A stretch of DNA of 64,000 nt from Eledone cirrhosa. Taxonomy: Eukaryota. This document shows positions 47,790 through 61,922 of this stretch, piece by piece. The notes under the pieces are model-generated. The model worked only from the letters and a program-made list of their open reading frames with translations. It did not search any database and was not told the origin of the DNA. The DNA lies in contig OZ024744.1 in assembly GCA_964016885.1 (NCBI GenBank), positions 60,140,001-60,204,000 on the forward strand, written 5' to 3'. Each line of letters begins with the position of its first letter. The first letter of the stretch is position 1. The position numbers and the translations under genes are program-made.

Positions 47790-49400
47790 GTCAGCATGTT
47801 GAAAAAGATTTTTGTATTAGAAACAAAACAAAAATGACTTTGATGCTCAAGGGCATGATTGCTTCCTTCTGCGATCTTTCACTTGTAAGCAACTCAGCCT
47901 TCTCGGGATGCCCACAAGTGCCAAATCAGTGCACGCAGCCCACTTCCAACTGCACAAAACATCTCTGCAACAGAGTCAACTTCAAACTAATTGAGAGTGA
48001 CATTTCGGGTGCTGGTCTGTACTCTGGCCCACATTGTATGTTCTTGAAGCGCTCTGTCATAAACACCCGGATTTCTGCAGCCAACATCAAGGACATCCAT
48101 GCCCCAGTCAGTAACCTTTCCTTGGCTATGTCAAGTGAGGATGTATTAGCTGACCAGGGAGCAGCAGTGGCAGAGTGGACAGCCAGTGACCCAGCCACCT
48201 CAAATACCTTATCTTACCCCACTCTGCTGAGGCAGGAACACACCTGCTCCAGTTAATCACAGATCTGACCAACTGTCTTCTCCCCACAAACCTGCCCTGC
48301 TGTGCCTGTGATCTTTTCTTCTCAGCCAGTTTGACTGCTCTGAGGAAGAATAATGGAGGCATCCATCCTCTTGCAGTGGGCAATGTCTTCCAATGACTTG
48401 TAGCCAAGATAGCTAGCAAGTCAGTCAAAGATGTACTGAACAAGGTGCTAAGCCTTGTCCAGCTGGGTGTGGGAGTTAAGTGTGGATGTGAAATGACAGC
48501 TTATGTGGCCAAACACTTTATAGAGCATACGCCTCTTTCATCACCCCATATCATAATGAAACTGGACATGAGAAATGCTTTCAACAGCATTATCTGGGAT
48601 CACATTTTAGAGACATGCCTTAGATGAGCCCCTCAATATTCCCTCTTGTATGGAACACCTAGCATACTCATGGCTGCTGACAACAAAATCACTTCAACTA
48701 CAGATGTCCAGCTTACCCTTCTTTGCACTGGCAATTGACAACATTGTATGCTCAGCCTGCTTGCACTTCAATGTCTGGTACCTGAGCAACGCGGCCCTGG
48801 GTGGCTCACCTGAGTTAGTAATTGAGGCCCTTTGGCTAATTATCCCACCTTTAAAGCTCCTCGGACTCGAGATCAACCCATCCATGTCCAAAGTGATAAA
48901 TGTTAGCTACAATGAGGCTGAATTCCACACCATAATCTGCATCTATTCCATCTTGTCTGGGGATTGGATAATACCCAAAGATGCTGCCTACTTTCATGAC
49001 TCTCCAATTCTCCCGAAAGCCATATGAGAGTGCCTGGAGACCAAGTATGCACACCTGTTGAGGATAACAGAGATGTTTTGCTTCATTGATGTGCACTGGC
49101 GCTCTTCCTCCTGAGGAACTGCCTCACCCTCCCTAAATTCTTGTTCATGCTACATGGAGTGCATTGTCACCCTCCTGCATATTGCCTCAGTGAACTTGAT
49201 GCCACCATCCAATGCTGTACAGAACTGATCTGAAATGTCTGTTTCAACAGCACTGGATTGCAACAGGCAAAGTTCCTGTGAAGTTCAGTGGCCTCAAACT
49301 CAGATCCACATCAGATCTGGCATTGCCGGCCTTTCTTTCCTCAATCTCCTTCTGTCACACCCTCATCAGCGAGGTCCTCAGTAAGATGGCACAACCTGCT
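47790..49400 (+). mobile_element. CRE-like non-LTR element RT region, decayed
   Basis: KLIESDI, ALRKNNGGIHPLAVG, QLGVGVKCGCE, KLDMRNAFNSI, NVWYL, LGLEINPS, FSGLKLRS..DLALPAFLSS. Confidence 0.8.
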
Positions 49401-51032
49401 GTCATTTCAAAATCCAGTAAAAATTAAAAACAACACAAACTTACATGTCCTTCTTTTTCTATTTTTTATTTTCTAATCTATCTACTTGTACTCTCCTGAC
49501 AAAGAGCTAAAGTCCAATACGTTGCACTTCTTTTTACTCCTTCATACAAAGCCTAATGACACTAATTGTTTTTGTAACTCTGTGTTACAAAAAGTAGCCA
49601 AATCCAAGAAGCCCCATACAATTGCAGAAGAGGTGATGAAACCGTGTGCATTAGAAATGGCATCAATTATTCTGGGAAAAGAAGCCTCAAACAAGCTTAA
49701 ATTAGTGCTGTTATCAAATAACAGCCGAATTGGTGATTCGAGTTTGGACATTTTGGACTAAGTTATTGCAGATATCAGAGCTAGTCTCTTGAAAATCTCT
49801 CTCCACTGATGAAACAAGAGATTCTGCACCTGCAAGGTACCCACTGTTTCCTTCATTGGCATTAAAAACATTGCCTCCACAGTTGAAAAAGGTCCTTGAC
49901 ACTTCTGTGAAGACCATCAACTGGATTAGGAGTCGTGCTCTGAACCACTGCCTCTTTAAGTCGCTTTGTGAAGATTTTGGAAGTAAACATTCAGTTTTGC
50001 TTTTCCATACGTGTCATGCTTTTTCGAACTGCGAGAAGAAGTCAAAGCTTTTCTAAAGGAACGTAACTATGATCTGCCCAAAGAAATGGAACCACAAGAA
50101 TTCAACCAAATGCTAGCTTATTTTAGTGATATTTTCATTCAAGGGAAAAACATAAACATATTGAAATGGTGTGAAAAGTTAAATGCTTTCAAAGAAAAGT
50201 TACATCTTTGGTGTCGATGAGTTAAAAAAGGAAATCATTCAAATTTTCCATTACTCGAAGAAATGGTTGATGACGATGAGTCCCTAATTCCAAGTGTGTG
50301 TGAAGAAATTATGGATTATTTAGAAATACTATCAAAGTCATTTGATGGATATTTTGGAGGAGAACTGGAATCTTCTGAAGAATGGATTATAAATCCATAC
50401 TCCTTCAATTTGGATATGTCGGATGATGAAGAGCTGAAGGAGATCTTATTGAACTGCACACAAATCGTGTTCTTGAAATACAGTTTGAAAGCAAACTTTG
50501 GAATAATATTGTTGTTCGGCAATAGACATGTTTCCAAGACTTTGTGAAAAAGCACTAAATGTGCTCATCCCATTCACGACGACATACTTATGCAAGTCTG
50601 GATTTAGTGTCCTTTTGTCAATCAAGACAAAATCTAGAAATCGCTTGGGTGCACAGGCAGACATGCGTATTGCTATCAGCAACAAAGTGCCATGTTTTGA
50701 AAAACTCTTAAGCAATAAACAGGAACAAAAGAGTCATTAAATTTAAATTGGCTCATGAACATTTGAACATTAGTTCTTTAATTTTTTTAAAGAAATTTGA
50801 TGCATGGATGAAAATTTAATTTTTTTGTAGGGTTATGCAACTTTTAGTTTGCTGTAATATTTTTTCTTTTCCATATGTTTCATTTTTGTTTATATATTAT
50901 TAAAAATTGATTATACAAATTTGTTTCGGTCACCTTCACCTTTGTTCTTATATAAATTATTACTTTAAGGAGAGCAAGAACATATTAAAAGCTTTTAGGG
51001 GTGCGGGGCATAAAAAAGGTTGGGAACCACTG
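49400..51032 (+). mobile_element. hAT (Charlie/Buster-type) transposon remnant with right TIR
   Basis: AKSKKPHTIAEE, LFKSLCE, PFTTTYLCKSGFS..IKTKSRNRL dimerisation motif; TIR AAAAGGTTGGGAACCACTG ending 51032, followed by CTCTAAAT. Confidence 0.88.
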
Positions 51033-51420
51033 CTCTAAATGGGCATTGCATTGGTACACACTATATCAGCATCAGCATACATAATCATGTGATTGAAGCT
51101 GAAATGGAGTTCGGTCCTAATGCTGGAACCAGGTTGCTAATCCCAAGGATACCTCATATGTCTCAAGAGCTTGAGATCCCTTTCACCTTTACTCACACGC
51201 AATGTCCTGTCAAACCAACCTTTACCTGTATATGCAACAAGGCACAAGGACAGACATTGGAAAAGATAGGTGTATATCTACCAACACAATTCTTCTCACA
51301 TGGTCAGATGTATGTTGCATTATCAAGAGTTTGAAAAAAGAAAATATAAAAATATTAACCCAGATAAATGAAAAGGGTCTGTTTGCTGACAATTGTGTCT
51401 ACAAAGAAATTCTACAGTAA
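51033..51420 (+). mobile_element. Helitron PIF1-like helicase C-terminal fragment
   Basis: NGHC.GT, LLIPRI, FTHTQCPV...NKAQGQTL, FFSHGQMYVALSRV. Confidence 0.85.
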
Positions 51421-51844
51421 TGAGAAACATCCATCACTCTCTTTTAATTAAAATGCATTTACGTTTCTTTTTAATTGCTGAAAAAGGGACACTACAAAAA
51501 CTTAAGAAGTCTATATGTGAATACAGTAAAACAACAATATAGTAAAAGTCAACTCTTCATATTAGTAAATGTAATTCAATAATTCCCACTAGCTGCATCA
51601 AGTTACAAATTCACTGGTTGAAGCTTCCCATCGACATTCTCAAGTCATTATCGTTTTTCTTAAATGTATTCTTTATCGTCTTTTTAAAATGTATCATGGA
51701 TAACTTTACTGATTACAGAAGTAAGTGTAACATAATCTTCGTTCAATTTATGTGTATATTGTCAGTTTACTTTTCTATTTACGTATCATATATATATATG
51801 CATATATATTTGCATATAATATCAATATGCATACTACATACGCT

Positions 51845-54500
51845 ATAACCTCTTTCGCAACAGCCAAAAGACAGAGGAAAATTGCCTGCTCTTCCTGACC
51901 TAAGTAAGGTAGCGGACAGAGGCAAGGCACAACGGTTAGGCGGTAGTAGATGACAGACACGATGTACACATTTGCCACCTCCGTGTGACCTTTCAGTGAT
52001 AGCTTCCTCCCAGCCCATTTTTGGGTGAGACTGGCTACTCTGGTCGTTACCTTGTCCCAATTCTTTTCCACCTGGAGGTCTGGTCTGTACCAAACCCCGA
52101 GGAACTTTACCGGTCCATCCGTCCAGCGCCCCATGACGCTGTTGAGCGGCATAGGCTTGCCTCTCCAGGTTCTGAGCTGCAAGCCCACCGACTTTTCCGG
52201 GTTAACTTTGGCTCCAGTCAACCTTTCATATTCCTTCAATAAGGTGCCGACCACAACAATTTCCGAGGTGTCCGATACCATCACGGTGATGTCGTCCGCA
52301 TAAGCCAACACCACCTTTCCATGTCCCGATTCGAGTGGGATGCCCTGTAACAGCTCCAGCTTCCGCAGTAAAGGTTCAAGAGTCAATATGTACAGAAGGG
52401 AAGAGAGAGGGCACCCTTGATGGACCGATCGGGAGAGCCGAAATGGTTCCGAGAGGTGGCCATTAACCTTGACCACCGAGTGTGTGTCACAGTGCATTGC
52501 AGCAATCCAGCTTCTGAAGATAGGGCCGAAGCCAGCTGCTTTGGGGACAAACTCCAGATACCGATGGTTGACCCTTATCGAATGCTTTCGATAGATCTAA
52601 ATTGATCAGTGCCCCACCGAAGCCAAGTTTACACCCTACCCTCTCTATGATGTATCGCATGAGGTGGAGATTGTTGGACCTGGCTGGGATTGCACAAGTT
52701 TGCACCTCCCCAACCAAATCCTCAATGACAAGCACCAATCTCTTTGCTAACACCTTTGTCAAAATTTTAAATTCTGGTGTTGAGCAGAGTTATGGGCTTG
52801 AAGTTGTCTAATGTATCCCTCTTGTTCTCGTTTCTTCTTATCAGCGTCACCGCTCCCCTGCTCACAGAACTTGGAATACTCCCATTCTGCTACCAGTTAT
52901 TGTAAAGGGCTTCGAGCAGATCGGAGAACAAGTCTGGCATATTTACGTAAAGCTCATAGGGCAGGCCATCCAAACCGGGTGACTTGTGCCTCATGCAGCC
53001 AACAAGGGCGTCCTGAATTTCGGCTGAAGTAATTGGCCTTTCGCAGTGCTTAGCATCGACTGTCGAGATGCGTGGCAAGCCGTCAAGGTAGGGACTGAAA
53101 TCCGCTACTCTCCCTGACTCGCCACTCTCCCCGAACAACCGAGCAAAGTGCTGGCGAAAGGCCTCACACATCCACTTGGAATCGCTTATCTTGTGTCCAT
53201 CTCAGTCCACCAAAGACTGAATTGTGGTTTTATTACCATGCTGCGCCTCCGCCACACGGGCCCACCGAACAACTTTGGTCCCCTCGTTTCTCAGCGCACG
53301 CGCCTTAGCTCTGACAATGCAAACTTCGTGTTTCGCATTGAAGAAATGGTCTAATGCCCTTCTTGCCAGTAGCACGTCAGTTGCAATACCACTACAAATA
53401 GCCTCATCCTACTTATCTACCAGCTCCCCCTCCTTTCTATTTTTTTCTAACGCTAGTTCTTTGCTGAGCTCTATTGACATTACTCTAATCTCTCTTTTGA
53501 GAGCCCCCCCCCCTACCATCTGTTGTTGATGATCCTCCCTGTCAACTTTTGCTTAACTAAATTGTTGACTTGGTTTCTGTAAGCCTTACGTGCTGGAAAT
53601 GACATGTTCAGCTTCCAGTAACCAGGTCCCAACCTAGTGTTTTATCTAGGTCGACTAAACAGATCACAAATTTGTGATCTGAATAGGGGACTGTTTTAAA
53701 AATTGGGCAGCCTACACTATTTCTATCTATTTTTCCTTTTTGAAAATCCTGTCTATATACGATCTAGATGACCCTATGCGGTTGGTCCACGTCCACACTG
53801 ACGCATTGGGGAAATCTAGTCGATACCTGTCAGTTGGAACTAGCTGATTAGGTGTTTGAGGCTTTTGCACCACCCGCTCCTATCAGCTACTCCCACACAA
53901 TCCCAGCATGCGTTTAAGATGCTGTTCCAGTCCCCTGCTAACAGTAGAGGGTGAGACGTGCCCAGAAAGGTTTCCAGGCACCTAAAGAAATCCGGTCGTC
54001 CAGCCCCAGTAGGGGCGTAGACGGCCAGCAGTCTAAAGGCACCACCTTCGCTACTGCTCACATCCAGGACCACCAACTTACCATCTGGGTCCCGGAAGAT
54101 CAACCTTACCTTGAGATCCAGACCTTTCCTAAATAGCACTGCCACCCTACCTCCCATTCTCGGCCTGCTAACAGATGCGAAGATCTGATAGTCGTCGAAA
54201 ATGGGGGCTAGTGCACGGGTGTCGGAAATCCTGGTCTCGCTGACGGCAATCACATCCATTTCCATAGACCTGAGGTCATTGAGCAGGCGACCCTGCTTCC
54301 AGGTTGAGTCCAGGCCGCGAAAATTTAAACTTCCTACTCTTAATATGGCCATATTAGCAAGCTAAAAGAGAGAGGGAAGGTTTACTTACCTCCTGGGGTC
54401 TTGTGAAGGTCAGGTGGTTTGACCCCCATGGTTGGTAGGGTTTCTTTTGGGAACCTCTTTAAAAGTCTTGTTGTGGGTTTCACGTTCGGGGTTCCCACAT
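51845..54500 (-). mobile_element. L1/Tx1-like LINE copy B (APE plus RT), decayed
   Basis: ORF2 ATG 54352 MAILRVGSLN; KSPGLDGLPYE, LDLSKAFD, QGCPLS, YADDIT. Confidence 0.92.
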
Positions 54501-54659
54501 CTTGAGGATAGCTCTCTTTTTATTTTTAACATATTTAAAACAATTGTGATATAACAATTCTTAGTACAAATGGCAATAAGGAACCAGTCTAAGCTCTCAG
54601 GAAATGAGAACCCACAACACCCTGGCATATGGCTCAAATATTTAATTTTGTATTAGAAA

Positions 54660-57600
54660 CAACACAGAACAGTACAGGACGATACAAAGTGGGTTTTGGT
54701 TGTGTAAACAGGTTATAACAAAATCGGGCTAGAAATAAAAAAAAATTCAAACAACAAAAATTCCCTAAGAAGGGGGAAACCTCTGAGGGTCACTCATGGC
54801 AAAAACCACACAAAAAGACCACAGCCACCCTGACCACCAGAGCAAGCACCCTCTCTGTTTTCCCACTCCTCAGTCTACAGGCACATACTCAGAGCGGGCC
54901 TGTTCACATGGACCAGACTCGCCACTTTCACCCACCTTTCAACAAACTTACTAGAAGAGAGCACTTGCCTCTCCACCCTGATTTTCCTCTTCAAGTGAAA
55001 CTTGTAAAAGTTAATAAGGGATTGGCCGAAGAGGAAAGTGTCCGTCTTTAACCCTTTCAACCTTGTCCACCACACAATCTTTTTCGCCATGACCACCAGG
55101 CAGGTGAAAACTGCCTGCCCTTCCTCCTCTTTAAAGGAGGATGGCGGGGCTATCTGCACAATGGACTCAGTCGATAACCGGATATGTCCTACATGCGACA
55201 GCAGCTGTTCGACATAGCTCCACAAGTCAGCAATCCTCGGGCACTGAACGAGTGCGTGCAGGATGGTTTCGTCGCCCTGCGTGCATCTCGGACAGGCTCG
55301 GCTGACAGCACCTGTGCCTGTAGAGCTTATACTGAACCGGCAATGCTCCCCGGTAGCACTGCCAGGCCAGGAATTTCTGGAAGTTGTTCATAGGCCCCAG
55401 TCTGAAAGTTCTCTTGAAGAGAGTGAACAGAGAACGTTGTCACTCTTGCCCTCCACTAGCCCTCTATAGAACGCCAAGGTGGATGTTCCACCGATACTAG
55501 TGCCCAGCTGGTAGAGGGGGATGAGCGCTGGGAGACATTCCAGCTTCCAAGTGCTATACCTCGGTCTTTTCTTGATCCAGGACTGCAGCTCCGTCAAGGA
55601 GACGGACTGGGGAAAAGCGCGTCTGGCAAACAGCAACCACACCTGTTCACCGTCAAAGAAGCACCAGAGATGTCGCAGCCTCAGTGCTGAAAGGCTGCAA
55701 CAGGTGACCATTCACCCTCACAATCAAGCAGATGTCGCTGTGCATCACAGCGATCCAGCTCCTAAAAACGGGTCCAAAGCCGGCCGCCTCGTAGACCGCA
55801 GCCAGGTACCGATTGATCCAAGCTGATCAGGGCCCCACCCGTGCCAGGTTCCTTAGCCACCCTCTCTATGATGTATCGCATGAGATGGAGGTTGTCGTGG
55901 ATGGATCTGTTCAGAATGGCGCATGCCTGTGCCTCTCCCACCAGATCACCGACGACAAGCGCCAATCTGTTTGCTAACACCTTGGCCAAAATCTTAAACT
56001 CTGCATTCAGCAGAGTTATGGGCCTGAAGTTGTATATAACGTCCCTCTTGTTCGGGGCTTTTCTCAGCAGTGCCACCGCTCCCCGGCTCACAAAACTGGG
56101 AAAGCTCCCATTCTGCTGCTATTTGCAGTAGACACCTGCCAAGAGTGCCAAGAGGTCGCCAAACAAGTCTGGTATATATGTATAAAACTTGTAGGGCTGA
56201 CCATCCAAACCTGGCGATTTACCCCTCGTGCAGTCAGACATCGCTTCCCGTATTTCACCTGCTGTTATCGGCTTTTCGCTGCACTGCGCTGTGGTCATCG
56301 AGAGCCACGGCAATCCGTCGAGGTATGCACCGAAGTCCATACTCCGATCTGGCCCACTGCAGCTCCCAAACAATTGAGCAAAGTTCTGTTGAAAAGCCGC
56401 ACTCATCTGCTTGGGTTCGAGCAACATGCGCCCATTTTGATCAGGCAAAGAGCAATTGTGGATTGTTGCCACGTCGCGCCTCCACCACCCAGGACCATTG
56501 AATGGCTTTCGTCCCCTCGTGTCTTAGAGCACGCGCTCTAGCTCTGACAACGCAGCCTTCATGCTTTGCATTGAAGAATTGGTCGAGTGCCAATCGCACC
56601 GCAAGCACGTCGGTTGTGATGCCTATCCTAAACGACTCTTCTAGCTTTCTAACTAACTCTCCCTCTACTATATTTTCCTCTATCACTACTCCTTTGCTAA
56701 ACCTTATCGATTCTACTCTAATAGCCCTTTTCAGGGTAAACCACCACCTGTTGTTGACGATCGCACCTGTCAACGTACGCTTAACTAATTCACTAATCCG
56801 GTCTCTGTAAGCTTTGCGCGCCGGGAATGACACGTTCAGCTTCCAGTAGCCGGGCTACCCTTGCCTATGGAGTCTATCTTCCCAGATCACAAATTTGTGG
56901 TCCATGTACTCGACTACTTTAAAAAGTGGACAACCTACACTAGCCTTATCTGTTTCCCTACAGAATACCCTATCTAAATACGATCTGGATGACCCGATGC
57001 GGTTTGCCCATGTCCACATTGGCACATTCGGATAATCCAGTCTATACCTGTCAGACAGTTCAAAAAGTCTGAGCAGGTTATTGAGGCTTTTACACCCTCC
57101 TGCCCTGTCTACTATCCCCACATAATCCCAGCGTGCATCTAAGATACCGTTCCAGTCGCCCACTAACACTAAAGAGAGGGACGTTCCAAGAAATGTCTCT
57201 AGATGTCTGAAGAAATCTGGCCGTCCTGCCCCTGTTGGGGCGTAGACGGCTACTAGCTTGAAAGCATTGTCTTCGCTGCTGGTCACGTCCAGCACCACCG
57301 ACTTACCTTCTAGGTCCAGGAAGATGGCCGTATGGCGAGATCCAAGCCTCTCCGAAAAAGCACGGCAACCCCTCCCCCCAATTCCAGACGGCTGGGAGAT
57401 GTGTATACATTGTAGCCACCGAAGATCAGTGCGAAGGCTCGTGCTTCGGAGATTCTGGTCTCGCTGATGGCCAACTCATCTATGTTTAGTGACCTGAGGT
57501 CGTTGAGCAGGTGACCCTGCTTTCAAGATGACCCCAGGCCACGTGTATTGATGCTGCCTATTCTAAGTACAGCCATATTGGATGAGAAACGGAGCAAGTG

Positions 57601-58850
57601 AGAAAGGATCACTTACCTTGATCGTGTGGTGAAGGGACAGTAGAACCGTCCCTTTGGCTGGTCATGGGTGTTTCCAAGAGGATGTCAGTGTATATCCTCT
57701 TGGTAACCGACCCTCTGTAGTCTCCAACTGCGTTGGGGAAGAATTTTTCTTTTAACAGTTTGTAATGTTCTATTTTGATTTCAATGATGTTTGTTTTTCG
57801 GGAGAGTTCTTGATGTTGGTGGGGTGTAGTAGTTTTTTTCTGTGATGTCTGTGTGTTGTAAGAGTTCTTTATTTGCCATGTTTATGGCTGTGTACTTTTT
57901 GGGGGGAGGGGTGATTTTGTTGCTCTTTTCTTGTTGTTGCTGTTAGGTGTGTGTGTTTTGTTGTGTTTGCGATGTTGGTGTTTTTGGTGATGCTGGTGGC
58001 AGTGTGGTTGTTGGTGGTGATGCTTGTGGAGGTGATAGTGGTGGTGTTGCTGTAAGTCTCCTTGCAGCTTTTACCCCTCTTTGTTTGCCTTCGCTTTTGG
58101 AGGGTGAAGCTAAGGGGTTTTTCCTTTTTTGTTTTTTGTGCAGACCGTTTGCCACTTCCCTCCCGCCTCATACTCCATGTCGGATCCGTGGCGTCTGTGA
58201 GGGGTATGAGCTCCATTGAGATTTTGCCGCCGGTGTAACTACTGCGACTGTTGGTGTTGCCACCACTACTGCCGCTGCTTTAGTTGTCTGTGGCCTTGGT
58301 ATGGGTGTCACGGGCGTTGCCTTTCTACACACCATGGAAGGGTCTTCTGCTTCTGTTGCCTGCCCTGCTCTTGGTAGCAGCGGATCAAGAGGGGGGGGGG
58401 GGCTCTTCTTAGCTGTCTTCTGCGGGCAGAAGGCCCTGAGATGACCCTTCTGCCCACAGAGATAGCATTTTGGGTGCCTTCCTTCCATGCTTATAGGGAG
58501 TTGGAGTCCTTCTTCGAGGTCTATGATGTCTTGGATGGTCTCGATGCACTCCTGGTCAGTCTGTATTAGCATATGCATGCCTATTCCTGACTAGTTCTCT
58601 CTTCCCATTCTCTGTATTTGAGGTATGGTGGTCTTCTTCCTGATTCCAGCAAGTACAGACACGGCCAGCCAAGGTATGGGCATGTCGGGCGGGACCTGGG
58701 TCACTTTGACCCTCACAATTTTCTGCCCACAGTAGGAAGGCACCAAGACTATCTCCTCACTCTTTAGCGTTTCCAAAGAGTGAGACTTCGCCTCTTGGAG
58801 GGTGGATATATTTCCCAATGAGCAGAAAGGGTTGTAAATGAGGCTCATAT
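54660..58850 (-). mobile_element. L1/Tx1-like LINE copy C (ORF1, APE, RT with internal deletion, C-terminal zinc finger, 3' UTR)
   Basis: KCYLCGQKGHLRAFC knuckle; ORF2 ATG 57576; NFRPITLLN; CPRC....ET..HALV.C. Confidence 0.9.
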
Positions 58851-60530
58851 GGCTGTAAGGATCAGCTTTTAGTTAACAAAATGATACTGGAAGATTGTCA
58901 TAATCGACACAAAAATCTATCAATTGCTTGGATAGATTACAAAAAAACATTCGATAGTTTGCCACACAGTTGGATTGAAAAGTGTTTAGAGATTTTCAAA
59001 ATATCTCCCGTTGTCAGGAGGTTCCTATCATTCAGTATGAAGATATGGAAAACGATACTCCTTTTGAATAGTGAAAAAAAATCACTGGAAGCTGGAGAAG
59101 TTATTAATTCTGGAATTTATCACCGCTTTTATTCTGCATCGCACTTATACCATTAAGTAAAATGATCAATGAAACATAACATGGCTATAAAGTCTATGAC
59201 AAAACCATTAATCACTTGTTCTACATAGATGCCTGAAACTATTTGCAAAAAATGATGAGCAATTGGAAGGGCTATTATCCACTGTGGAGCAGTTCAGTGA
59301 TGATATTAAAATGGAGTTTGGACTAGATAAATGCACCAAAGCCACGTTCACCAGAGGAAAGCTGCTGAGAAGTTCAGACATTAATCTTGATCGGGGGAAT
59401 GTGATAAGAGAACTTGATCAAGAGGAAACTTACAAATATCTAGGTGTTTGTGAAGGAGACAGAATCAAGCACTCAACAATGAGGGGAAAGGATAAGTTAC
59501 CGCAGAGTAAGAACAATCTGAAGAAGAGTTGAATGCAAGGAATAGGATCAATGCTATAAACACACTTGCCATAGCAGTAGTTACTTACAGTTTCAATCTC
59601 CTCAACTGGTCAAGCAGAGAGATCTGTAGGCTTGATACGGAAATTGAAAATTCTTAACCATGCACAGAACGCATCACCCTAAGGCAGATACAGATAGAAT
59701 ATATCTCCCCAGGAAAGAAGGAGGACGTGGGTTAATCCAGTTAGATATTGCTTTGAAAATTGCAATAATTGGATTATCTACATATCTAAGGGAGGCACAT
59801 GATTGGATGATCAAACTCATTTTGAAACATGAAAGCATCAAAAGATCATATTCCATTACAAAAGATGCACAAAGATACAGTAATGGACTACAAATTTCAG
59901 AAGTTCCCTTTACTGCTGAAATGGAAAACACAGAAAAAGCAAAGCAGTTAAAAGTAACTGCAAAGAAAGAACTGCTACAGAAACTGGATAAGAAATGGCA
60001 AGAAAAGCCTCTGTATGGAAAATACCCAGAAAAGCTAACAATCCTGATGTTGACAAAACTTTAACCCATCAGTGGTTGGCATCCTCTAGACTGAAATCGG
60101 AGACTGAAGGACTTATTATATCAGCACAAGATCAGTGTCTGCCAACAAAAAATGATCAAGCCAGCATAAAAAATGGATGCAATCCATTGTGCCATGTGCA
60201 TAAAAAAACAACCAGAGACCATTGATCATATAATTTACCTGTCCCATCAAAAGAATTGGCGGGAGCATCAACCAACTCCTGTACTTGAAAAAGATCACAT
60301 CTCAATTTTGTGGGACTTTAGCGTCCAAACAGACAAAAAGATAGATACAAATAGACCTGATATAATACTGAAGGACTTTAAATAGAGGATATGCCTGCTA
60401 ATTGACATGACCGTGCCTATAGACAAGAAAGTATCTATAAAAACATTTGAAAAATTGAGCAAACATAAAGACCTGGAAATAGAGATTGGAAAAATGTGGA
60501 AGTTGAGGGCTAAAGCAATATCAGTGACTC
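58851..60530 (+). mobile_element. R4/Dong-like non-LTR retrotransposon (RT plus RLE), decayed
   Basis: GCKDQL, WIDYKK.FDS.PH, HLFY.D, MEFGLDKC, YKYLG, YLPRKEGGRGL, ETEG.I..AQDQ, ILWDF...NRPDI, LIDMTVP. Confidence 0.9.
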
Positions 60531-61169
60531 CTGAGAAAGTCATCAATGGATCTTTCAGAAGAAGTAGAAGAGTAGACACTCTAATCTGGTTGGATGAGGA
60601 CATGAGCAAGGCACAATGGTCAGGTGGTAAACAACGCTGGATATGATTTAACCATTTGCTACATCTGCCAAACCTTTCAGGGACAGGTTCTTCTTAGTCC
60701 ATTTCTGATTGAGATTGGCCACTCCGATTGTGAGCTCTTCCCAGTTCTTGTCTACCAGGAGGTCCAATCCGAACAAAACGTCAAGCACCTTATCCAGATC
60801 TTTTGTCTAGCCACAGAAATTGCCAATGTGCAAGCATGCACTGAGGCTATATTACTTGCAGATTTTCCTTGACAGTAACTATATCTTGTCTCCTAGCATA
60901 AGGCTTGTCCTCCCACATCCTTTTGACCAAGCTGCAGTCCTGGGTCAAACAAAGACCACAATTGGATGTCTGGCACCTAGAATGTCATCAGACACTCATC
61001 AAAGTCTACCAGTTGGCAATGTGATTGGTGGAGGCTCCGTTCTGGCATATATAAATGATTAGCGACAGGGTACAGAAACGATGCTCTTGCGAAGGCTTTG
61101 GTCTTTGGCAAAAGCAAACTGGCTGGTGTGTTTTAAAGGACTTTCAGGTTGGGGACCTCCTTAATCTTT

Positions 61170-61740
61170 GACCACTTATTCTTGAGTGAGTCATGGGGGA
61201 AGAGTCCTCAAGCATGCCTTTCAGTAGGTACTGTCAGAAGCAACCATCTTCAATTGATCTGGCTGGATCCCAAGGTGAGACCAGCTGAGCTCATGGATGT
61301 TATCCAACCATCTTGCTCAGGGTATAACCCTGGGTTTCCTGCCAGTTGGTTTTGAATGTGTGCATACAGAACAGTTTCAGACAGGCCTGTCTGATGACAC
61401 TGCTTGTAGAATTCATCTCAAACTGGAAGGATTTGTTGGTAGCACCGTTAGGCCAAAGACTTCTGCAAATTATCTATAGAAGGGCACTTGATAGGTTTGC
61501 TGCTAAGTGCTGCAAGGAAGGAATGAAAATCAGTCCTGTGAAGTCTGAGACATTTATCCTCTCAACGAAGCCTGCGCAATGCACTCTATATATGAGTGGA
61601 GTTCCATGAAAACAGGTGGAGAAATTCAAATATCTTGAAGTCATGTTCATGAGTGAGGGAAGGCAGGAGGCTGAATTAAGTGCAAGTATTGCTGAAGCTG
61701 TGCAATAAAGCATCAGCTCCAGCAATCAGTTATCAGTCAA
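61170..61740. mobile_element. RTE-like LINE pieces: 3' end on minus (61170-61360) and RT fragment on plus (~61480-61740)
   Basis: 3'-end similarity to 487-582 and 27900-28050; ALDRFAAKC..GMKIS..KSE, QVEKFKYL. Confidence 0.65.
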
Positions 61741-61922
61741 GTCCATCATGAAGATCACTCCACAACCCTTGCCTGGTAGCTATAATGAAAGAGGTTGTAT
61801 GGTTGATTAGGTTGAGTGGACTGAGGACCAACACTCTCCACTGACCTTTTTAAGTTCCACTTGAAAAGAAAGGTGAGAGCGAAATGGAAGCTGCTCTCCT
61901 TCAGTGAATTTTATAAATGATG

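Noticed and set aside
49486-50740. Domesticated ZBED/SCAND-like host gene
   Set aside because: Multiple deletions and frameshifts plus a retained TIR indicate a dead hAT transposon
51020-51334. Host PIF1 helicase gene
   Set aside because: Helitron-type fragment with a premature stop, directly abutting a hAT end
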